Shown here: positions 42,283-47,475 of the stretch, piece by piece
Layout of the letters: every line of letters begins with the position of its first letter
Numbering within the stretch: position 1 is the stretch's first letter
Assembly (NCBI GenBank): GCA_964252035.1
Contig: OZ176201.1
Length of the DNA: 64,000 nucleotides
DNA from: Podarcis erhardii
Lineage: Eukaryota
Direction: 5' to 3' (one strand)
The notes under the pieces: generated by a model
What the model saw: only the letters and a program-made list of their open reading frames with translations
Told to the model about the DNA's origin: nothing
Databases searched by the model: none
Position numbers and translations under genes: made by a program

Positions 42283-42597
42283 CCTGCCCCTGCCCCGGCC
42301 GCTATTGCCTCCCCCGCCAGGGGTGCTGCTGCTGCTGCTGCTGCCGCTGCCGCCCTTCCTCCTGCCGCCTCCCCTGACTGAGGGGGAGGCCTGGGCAGCG
42401 GCCCCCCTCGGCTTGGGCCCTGCAGCCCCGGCCGCCTGGGCCGAGGCCGCCCACCTGCCCCGGCTGCTGCCCCTCAGGCGGGAGCGGAGTCCCCCGATAG
42501 GGCCCGGCGGCGGGGCTGCTGGAGCCGGGGTGCTCGCCCGAGCCGGGGCCGCCGCAGGCTGCTGGTGCTTGGGCGGCCTGCCTCGCCGGCCCCGCAT
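1443..42597 (-). CDS. BPTF: BPTF (bromodomain PHD finger transcription factor, NURF subunit), coding exons 1-19; gene continues beyond position 1
   Basis: The spliced translation starts MRGRRGRPPK and contains DDT/PHD1 segments (EVLRNFGTVLRLSPFRFEDFCAAL; CRVC...CCETCSAVYHLECV...WQCEVC), TRLRNPDSKL, SKEYSTRDKVKLMKFSRPKKTRSGTALPSYRKF and RRDVGPYGIRSEYC, all matching vertebrate BPTF as I recall it. The 19 GT-AG exons join in one frame (6826 nt with the long exon 17). Confidence 0.98.
2496..2748 (-). CDS. BPTF: BPTF exon 18 (253 nt)
   Basis: tttAG|AAG CGA CTG; encodes KRLEQQK...TKVGSPATVTFQQNKNFHQTFATWVKQGQSSS; donor TCAG|GTAAAT. Confidence 0.95.
4696..4819 (-). CDS. BPTF: BPTF exon 17 with two in-frame donors (short form 4777-4819, 43 nt; long form 124 nt)
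   Basis: gacAG|A GTG GAG AAG; VEKEKAQAVEQQAK then AAG|GTTAGT, or continues VSEQKKAEEFKAQMEAQLKQQRLAAQQ to CAG|GTGGGG. Confidence 0.9.
5653..6012 (-). mobile_element. Sauria (Squam1) SINE, full length
   Basis: Head GGACGCGGGTGGCGCTGTGG on the minus strand, (TTTACC)n tail, 10-bp TSD TGACTATGTA (5643-5652 / 6015-6024). Confidence 0.92.
6662..6812 (-). CDS. BPTF: BPTF exon 16 (151 nt)
   Basis: ctgcAG|AA ACC CCT; encodes ETPTPQRKGLRSSALRPKRPETPKQTGPVIIETWVAEEELELWEIKAFSE; donor GAAAG|GTAATC. Confidence 0.96.
6921..7049 (-). CDS. BPTF: BPTF exon 15 (129 nt)
   Basis: tgtAG|AC ACA TCG; encodes DTSETEITTTEIIKRRDVGPYGIRSEYCVRKIICPIGVPEAPK; donor AAAG|GTAAGC. Confidence 0.96.
8153..8277 (-). CDS. BPTF: BPTF exon 14 (125 nt)
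   Basis: tctAG|A TAC CGA; encodes YRLQTVKSLAGVSLMLRLLWACLKWDDMAAKPPPGGGTTRT; donor ACAG|GTAGAT. Confidence 0.96.
9210..9592 (-). mobile_element. Sauria SINE, full length
   Basis: Same head, tail and body; TSD CTATTTAATA (9200-9209 / 9597-9606). Confidence 0.9.
10181..12557 (-). CDS. BPTF: BPTF exon 13 (2377 nt giant exon)
   Basis: ttcttcacAG|AG AAG AAA; lies within ORF 10117..12570; ends ...PRPTFGITW AG|GTACAG. Confidence 0.96.
12881..13132 (-). CDS. BPTF: BPTF exon 12 (252 nt, phase 1-1)
   Basis: ttttttaaccAG|CA AAA AGT; encodes AKSETTTIPEKQRELDKRKTPAKVKVEH...SDHAKE; donor GAAG|GTATTA. An in-frame stop follows at 12837 if unspliced. Confidence 0.85.
13503..13638 (-). CDS. BPTF: BPTF exon 11 (136 nt)
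   Basis: tacAG|GTT TGG AAA; encodes VWKQKGEEYRVTGYGGWIWISKTHVHRFVPRLPGNTNVNYRKLLP; donor CCAG|GTGAGT. Confidence 0.96.
14444..14573 (-). CDS. BPTF: BPTF exon 10 (130 nt)
   Basis: attAG|G TTG CGC; encodes LRRMTAIEREEKEKVKKKERKQEEEETMQQATWVKYTFPIKHQ; donor CAG|GTACAG. Confidence 0.96.
14878..15009 (-). CDS. BPTF: BPTF exon 9 (132 nt)
   Basis: tgtAG|G TCT AAT TGG; encodes SNWIKAVQMCSKPREFALALAILECAIKPVVMLPIWRESLGHT; donor CCAG|GTAAGA. Confidence 0.96.
15251..15475. mobile_element. Tigger-like MITE (CAGTGGTACCTCGGGTTA family)
   Basis: TIRs CAGTGG(G/T)ACCTCGGGTTA; TA TSD; internal TAACCTGAAGC repeats. Confidence 0.88.
15927..16282 (-). CDS. BPTF: BPTF exon 8 (356 nt)
   Basis: aataAG|GTC CTT GTG; encodes VLVVNSQGEISRL...FLHPNWASH; donor CACAG|GTGAAT. 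Confidence 0.96.
16694..16869 (-). CDS. BPTF: BPTF exon 7 (176 nt)
   Basis: gacAG|GG GAT AGA; encodes ...STRMVTRLRNPDSKLSQLKSQQVAAAAHEANKLFKEGKE; donor GAG|GTTTGT. Confidence 0.95.
16975..17109. mobile_element. hAT-type MITE in the short BPTF intron 6
   Basis: TIR CAGGCATAGGCAAACTCG; 8-bp TSD AGCTACTC. Confidence 0.92.
17143..17316 (-). CDS. BPTF: BPTF exon 6 (174 nt, symmetric phase 1-1, likely cassette)
   Basis: cacAG|AT GAA ACA; encodes DETTKMVPSLNVGSST...SSEEL; donor CTAG|GTAAAA. Confidence 0.82.
18921..19154. mobile_element. Tigger-like MITE, same family as 15251
   Basis: TIRs and TA TSD; the left end TACAGTGG is locally duplicated. Confidence 0.88.
19370..19558 (-). CDS. BPTF: BPTF exon 5 (189 nt, symmetric phase 1-1, likely cassette)
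   Basis: tgtAG|AG CAA ACA; encodes EQTDAIDKSNSVTSAVGGN...ALKNVS; donor TCAG|GTACAG. Confidence 0.85.
19836..20045 (-). CDS. BPTF: BPTF exon 4 (210 nt)
   Basis: tttAG|AA GAG ATT; encodes EEILEAIRARKGE...EKGRKE; donor GAAG|GTAAAG. Confidence 0.93.
20490..21578. mobile_element. Tc1/mariner (Tigger-like) non-autonomous element carrying an internal GC-rich minisatellite
   Basis: TA TSD on both sides; 22-bp TIR CAGTGGTGCC(C/T)CGCAAGACGAA with 1 mismatch; no transposase. Confidence 0.9.
20690..21225. repeat. Minisatellite: about five 60-bp units, four 34-bp units, then a return to the 60-bp unit
   Basis: Units at 20821 and 20881 are identical over 60 bp; 34-bp units start at 20999, 21033, 21067 and 21101. 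Confidence 0.93.
22934..23157 (-). CDS. BPTF: BPTF exon 3 (224 nt)
   Basis: cacAG|A GAG GAA GAT...; encodes EEDSECEKDKKIWYYSTKVQLAELIECLDKDYWEADICKTLEEMREEIHRHMDITEDLTNKARGSNKSFLAAAN; donor AATG|GTAAGA. Confidence 0.96.
24471..24676 (+). mobile_element. Old tRNA-derived SINE (Squam2-like), degenerate
   Basis: tRNA-like head (GGTTCAGTGGCAGAGTGCATGCTTCACATGTAGAGGGTCTCAGGCTCAA) and 3' GATGGACTAATGCTCTGA...GCAGCGTATGTTC. Confidence 0.55.
24723..25105 (-). mobile_element. Sauria SINE, full length
   Basis: Same body; TSD TAGCAAGTAT (24713-24722 / 25108-25117). Confidence 0.9.
26043..26060 (+). promoter_or_regulatory. Candidate CTCF binding site in BPTF intron 2
   Basis: AACACCAGATGGCGCCAG closely matches the CTCF core CCASYAGRKGGCRS and retains its CpG in an AT-rich intron. 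Motif match only. Confidence 0.45.
26954..27196. mobile_element. Tigger-like MITE, second family
   Basis: TIR CAGTGGTACCTTGGTT / AACCAAGGTACCACTG; TA TSD. Confidence 0.86.
28958..29780 (-). CDS. BPTF: BPTF exon 2 (823 nt; DDT domain, PHD finger 1)
   Basis: Acceptor ttacAG|GTAGGAGG; donor CTTGTTAT|GTAAGT; overlaps ORF 28954..29709. Confidence 0.97.
31089..31301 (+). mobile_element. Sauria SINE, 5'-truncated
   Basis: 3' half only (AGTCATGCTGGCCACATGACCCGG...GGGGTCCTTTTAC tail). Confidence 0.8.
36513..36643. mobile_element. hAT-type MITE, same family as 16975
   Basis: Same TIR; 8-bp TSD ATGTAAAT. Confidence 0.92.
36847..37027 (-). mobile_element. L2-type LINE 3' end with (TAT)n tail, nested in a SINE
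   Basis: CAGAGTGGCTGGGGAAACTCAGCCAGATGGGCGGGGTATAAATAATAAATTATT on the minus strand; related ends at 15091-15148 (+) and 54808-54950 (-). Confidence 0.75.
37266..37401. mobile_element. hAT-type MITE nested in a Sauria SINE
   Basis: TIR CAGTGTTTCCCAACCTT / AAGGTTGAGAAACACTG; 8-bp TSD GTTTAGAC taken from the SINE sequence. Confidence 0.92.
39295..39531. mobile_element. Tigger-like MITE, same family as 15251
   Basis: TIRs and TA TSD; colinear with 15251-15475. Confidence 0.88.
39656..39683. repeat. (TG)14 microsatellite
   Basis: Read directly from the sequence. Confidence 0.95.
41054..41570. repeat. Tandem duplication, about 246-bp period, two diverged copies
   Basis: GACCCCCTATTTTTCAAGAGCCA starts at 41054 and 41300; the copies stay colinear for more than 200 bp. 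Confidence 0.88.
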
Positions 42598-43140
42598 CGC
42601 TGGGCGCTGGCCGAGAGCGCTGAGGGGGGAGGTGTTGTGTGTGCGCGCGAGGGCCTTCGGGTGGCTTTTCCGAGCGGGCGGTTGCGCTCTTTCTCCCTCT
42701 TCCTCCCCGCCCCCCCTCCCTCGCCGGGGAAGGAGGGCCTCCGGCGAGCCGCTCGGGCCGAGGGGCTTCAATGCGAAGGGCCGGCGTCCCGCTCGGGATC
42801 GCCGCCGGCCGCCATCTTGTTTCTTCGCCTGCCTGCCTGCCTGCCTCGGATCGCTCCGCTCCGACAGGGGGGAGGGAGGGAGGGAAGCGGCGGCAGGGCC
42901 GGAGCGGGTCACGTGGCCGGGCCTTGCCTGCGCTTCGCCGGGAGAGGCGGAAGGGGGCGCGCGAGAGGGGAGCTCGTTCGGGGATGATGCTGATGTTGCG
43001 GGTGCTGCCGCCTGAGCCAGATCTTCTTTGCACCCGCGAAAAGCCGCGTCCAGAAAACACGCGGGGCGCGATCGCTTTCGCAGATAAGAGTTAAGCCGCG
43101 GCTCATTTGTACACGGGACTTAAATGCCGCACGCATTGCA
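41740..43140. promoter_or_regulatory. BPTF CpG island / promoter
   Basis: Very high GC and CpG density over exon 1 and upstream. YY1-like CCGCCATCTT at 42809-42818 and E-box GTCACGTG at 42908-42915. The TSS cannot be determined from sequence. Confidence 0.9.
41895..42597 (-). CDS. BPTF: BPTF exon 1 (703 nt coding; AT-hook-like RGRPPK, Ala/Gly/Ser runs, acidic tract)
   Basis: ATG at 42597-42595; ends ...YSSTP G|GTACGG (phase 1). Confidence 0.95.
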
Positions 43141-43758
43141 AACGGTCCCCTTCGCTTGTGTGTCTGAAAGGCCTGTGTCTGGAACAGATGGTTCCTGGGG
43201 TTGCCAGATTGTTTCACCAGGGCACCCCGAAAGTTATTGTTAAAGGAAATTGCTGAGCTTTTTTTAAAAAAAACAAGTTCAATACCTTGCTACGCAAGCT
43301 TTTTTTTAAAGCCAAGTTGTTGCTCTAAAAGAATCCCATTATTTTTTGATTGACTTGACTTTTTTTCTTGAGCTATTTTAATAAAAAGGAAATTCTTGAG
43401 CTATTTTTTTAGACAACGCTCCCCCCCAAATTGTTCAGCTTTTTGTTTTTATTTTTTTGAGCCCCAAAAAATCCTTCGAGTTTTCAATTGACTTGACTCA
43501 GAGCCAGGACAAAGTGCCACCATTTTGGAAATCCCCACCCCTGGACATCAATTCTGCCTTTGAAATCCTGTTGATATCCGGGAAAATGCCCGGACGTATG
43601 ACAGCCCTGTAATATTCATCTTGCACATGGCAGAGCTTTCCTACATCCTTGGACTCAGCCATAGGGCTGCAAATAAAACATTCTAAGTGTGTTTTAAGTG
43701 CAATATGCAATGTGACACTTGATGGCGATGGCAAACCTTATGGAAAACTTAATGTACT

Positions 43759-44197
43759 ACTGCAAGGTTTATGAATGCTAAAATGATGTTGGATATAAAA
43801 ATAATATGGCATTAGTGATACAGTGTTAAAAAGTATGCAAAAACGTAATAGAAAAAGGGTGAAAGATTAAAGTTATATTATGTCAAAAGTAAACAATATG
43901 TTAAAGGTGTTTAAACATAAGGAGGAAAGATCGGAGACATAATAGAAGGGATTTTAATAATTAGAAATGAGTTTCGAAAGAGGGTAAGGATTTGCTGTAT
44001 CTGATTGGACAAAGAGGAACACAAAAAAGGGAGGCGTGAGGAAGTCAAGAAAGAAAGTTTTGTAAACACGCATTTAAAAATTGGAGTTTTTACTTTTAAT
44101 TTGTTTTTTGTATTTTGATGTATGTTTGTGATTGGTTTTGTTGTTTTGAATTTCTTCTGTTTTTCTGTAAAAATAAATAAATATATTTTTAAAAAAA
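43759..44197 (+). mobile_element. 5'-truncated L1/Tx1-like retroposon 3' end
   Basis: 16-bp TSD GAAAACTTAATGTACT (43743-43758 / 44198-44213); T-rich 3' tract, AATAAA at 44172-44177, short A tail. Family assignment is an inference. Confidence 0.7.
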
Positions 44198-44378
44198 GAA
44201 AACTTAATGTACTGTACATGTATTTTTAAAAACAAAACAAAAAAACATTTTAAGAATGGTTTGTACATGTGTGTAGATTCCACCCTTGTTGAGCTTGATC
44301 TGCTCCTCAGTGGGCATCTCTTTCTTAGTTCATCTAATAAACTATATTGAGCTTTAGAAGTGACTCTCTTAAGTCCAG

Positions 44379-44586
44379 TTACAGATAGGTAGCCGTGTTG
44401 GTCTGCCATAGTCAAAACAAAACAAATTCCTTCCAGTAGCACCTTAAAGACCAATTAAGTCAGTTCTTGGTATGAGCTTTCGTGTGCATGCACACTTCTT
44501 CAGATATCTGAAGAAGTGTGCATGCACACGAAAGCTCATACCAAGAACTGACTTAGTTGGTCTTTAAGGTGCTACTGGAAGGAATT
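44379..44586. mobile_element. Penelope-like retroelement terminus plus inverted truncated copy (palindromic insertion)
   Basis: 14-bp TSD TCTCTTAAGTCCAG (44365-44378 / 44587-44600). Contains TATCTGAAGAAGTGTGCATGCACACGAAAGCTCATAC and the end GGCAGACCAACACGGCTACC, which I recognise as typical of reptile Penelope pseudo-LTRs. Confidence 0.82.
44505..44540 (+). ncRNA. Minimal type-I hammerhead-ribozyme-like motif (mirror copy on the minus strand at 44471-44506)
   Basis: CUGAAGA + extra A + stem II GUGUG/CACAC + GAAA + palindromic AGCU + CUC triplet + 3-bp stem I (UAU/AUA). Activity is not demonstrable from sequence. Confidence 0.6.
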
Positions 44587-44649
44587 TCTCTTAAGTCCAG
44601 ATATGGTATGGTGTGTCCCATTTTCTTTCCAACTATTGCCCTTATTGCG

Positions 44650-44870
44650 GATGGGGAACCTGTAGCCCTCCAGAATTTCTTCTATTCCAACACCTGTCAT
44701 CCCTGGCCATGCTGATTGGGGCAGATGGGAGCTGGAGGGCACCACCTTGGCCCACCAACATCTAGAGAGCCACAGGCTCCTCATTCCCGTCCTATAGCCT
44801 CACAGTCCAGGAACGAGGAACCCATGGCTCTCTAGATGTTGGTGGGCCAAAGTGGTGCCCTCCAGATATT
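44650..44870. mobile_element. Degenerate composite of hAT-like MITE fragments forming an approximately 55-bp inverted repeat
   Basis: GAGGGCACCACCTTGGCCCACCAACATCTAGAGAGCCA versus its near reverse complement at about 44811-44866. Confidence 0.55.
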
Positions 44871-44996
44871 GTGGAATTAGGCGGCCACTGTCCCTGACCT
44901 TGTTGGCACAGGATGTTGAAAACAATGGGAAGGAAAGGGAAAGGATAGGTTTAGATACGCTCAGAAATGTGTCTAAATTCCACCGCTGGTCTGGGA

Positions 44997-45243
44997 GAAG
45001 AAGAAGAGGAGTTTGGATTTGATATCCCGCTTTATCACTACCCGAAAGAGTCTCAAAGCAGCTAACATTCTCCTTTCCCTTCCTCCCCCACAACAAACAC
45101 TCTGTGATGTGAGTTAGGCTGAGAGACTTCAAATAAGTGTGACTAGTCCAAGGTCACCCAGCAGCTGCATGTGGAGGAGTGGAGACATGAACCCAGTTCC
45201 CCAGATTACAAATCTACCCCTCTTAACCACTACACCACACTGG
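44997..45243 (-). mobile_element. Squam3-like (Ther1/MIR-derived) SINE
   Basis: Minus strand begins CCAGTGTGGTGTAGTGGTTAAGAG (tRNA-like), has the CORE-like GTGACCTTGGACTAGTCAC and a (CTT)n tail; flanked by CTGGGAG. Family name from recollection. Confidence 0.75.
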
Positions 45244-47266
45244 GAGGATGCCAGAGAAAGTCTCTGCCTGGCACACTGACACCAGAGCTATGTTTGCTGA
45301 ACAAGGATGCTAAGGGAGGGAGAGGGAAGCTAAACATTGGATCTCCCACTCGGACCTCAGAGTAACATTGGAGAGTAGATCGAATCCATCTTATGGCTCA
45401 CTGGACTCCCTCCAATAGGCCCTAGAATTACACTCTTAAGGTACCCTCATAATATTTAGTTTGTAATATTTGGCACCAATAGAGAATGTCTTTCCAACGC
45501 AAATAGGAAATTCAGAGGGGCTGTTTCCCCGTCCCCTCCAGCCGACACACATCTAGTTGGGACCTTAGCAGAAGAAAAGAGCTAATTTGAGTCAAATGGC
45601 TAATGTGCATAACAACAAGCCAGTGGACACAATCACCACATCTCATGGAGAACATAGGAGCTAACACCTAGGGGCCAAGGCCCCTTGCCCCCTCCCATTA
45701 AAATATTTGAGGTGGCTGCCCACCACCAAAGTTACTGGGCGTTGCCATTCAAATGGTGTCTGTGCCTTACCTTACATCCCCCCCCCCGCCCTGTATTTCA
45801 TACAAGTTGGTAGTCCTGATGGATAATGTGTGCATCATCAGTCCAGGGAACTGAACACCTTTCCTAGTCAAAATACAGTGGTTGCACTGGGTACCATGCG
45901 GCAAGCAGAGGGTGCCAAAACAAAGCTGTAGAACGGAGCACGAGAGGTTGGGCACTGAATTTTAGCATTGCACAGGGTGCTGCTGAAATTTTGAGAAGCC
46001 ATTGTGCTATGCATCCTCTCCAACAAGCCTTTGAGAATGTGCATGTCTCCACGAGATTTTGCACCGTTGCTGGCATTTTGCATCGTCTCCAATAAATGCA
46101 CAAAGGCCTGCCTACATATGCACATTCCCCAAGGCACGTTGGAAAACTCGCACTACCCCTAACATAAACAAAATAGTGATATGATAGATCAGCAAAATGA
46201 TCAACAGCTTATTCCGCTTAACATATTGCTTATACAAACTGGCAAACAGATGTGTTATGACGAGCGAGCCTTTTAAATCTATAATTGACTCCAGTTGAGT
46301 TAAAGGGCTGATAAACCACGGTGTCTTCAGTATTTCACAGACGTTTTGCCTTTTCATATATGCAATTTAATGAACGTCGATTATAAAATCTTCTGGGCAG
46401 AGCAGTCCTATGGAGGAGGCGGTGAGGAAGACTCTATGGGGATGACCTGCACTGTTAGGCTTGTTCTGACCAGAGCAGACACTTTGCATTTGTCTGGGAG
46501 GAGCAGCTTATTCTCCACCCCGTTCCCCTTTTGTGAGCTTCCTTCCCATTGAGTGTGCCCTCTCCAGGATTGGCAGTTTCGTAGCTGGTTTGGGTGTGTG
46601 TGCAGGGAACTGGATGGCTTTGGACCCTGCAGACGCAAAGCTTCCCCAAATCTGCAGGGATGTGCTCTTTTTCATCCATTGAAGGCAGAGAGATGGTACC
46701 CTACAGACTCCTTGGGCTCAGCCAGCGACATTTCTAAAGCTCTCTCAGAGGTCTGCTACCTTGCTGTATTTAGGTCATTAATGCTTTATATTTCCACCCG
46801 TTTCAGTTTTAAAATGATTCTACTTGTTACTTTTAAAAATGTGCCTTTTATCCCCCTGGTACCCTCTGCTTTTCGCTGCCCACTTTACTGCCAACATATT
46901 TTATGTAAGGGAGTTGGTAGCAATTTGTCCCCTAGCTTTCTCTCTTGGTGCAGTACTCCTACATTAGGTGGATGTGGGAGAATTTAGGTTATTTCAACCA
47001 ATGCTATTAAAAAGTAAATATAAAGAGACTGGCTTGAATCCATCCCTTCCACAGATTATGTTCATTTTTATAGTAACCCATACAGGCTTCTCAGTCAGAA
47101 TTGCGATCTGAAAACCAAAAGCGGACTGGAAGCTCATTAGCCACGCAAGGTCTTTGCGGATCGCCCTTATCCATAAATGAGCCGGTTAGAATAAAAACAA
47201 ACACAATATAAAATGTTGGACCTCCCTTTTCAGTCAATTGCCTCTAGATGTGTGGCTTGCACTATA

Positions 47267-47475
47267 CAGTGGTATCTCGGATTACAGACGCTTCAGGTTA
47301 CAGACTCCGCTAAGCCAGAAATAGTGCTTCAGGTTAAGAACTTTGCTTCAGGATAAGAACAGACATCGCACAGCGTCAGGTCCCATTAGCTAAAGTGGTG
47401 CTTCAGGTTAAGAACAGTTTCAGGTTAAGAACGGACCTCCAGAACGAATTAAGTTCTTAACCTGAGGTACCACTG
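47267..47475. mobile_element. Tigger-like MITE, same family, opposite orientation
   Basis: TIRs and TA TSD. Confidence 0.86.

Noticed and set aside
42598-42912. 105-codon N-terminal extension of BPTF in ORF 41821..42912
   Set aside because: It starts at GTG within the E-box, not ATG. The conserved N-terminus MRGRRGRPPK begins at 42597, and open frames are expected in CpG islands.
41493-43217. Several overlapping antisense or alternative-frame ORFs (140-285 aa) over the CpG island
   Set aside because: Explained by high GC content and triplet repeats; no recognisable protein.
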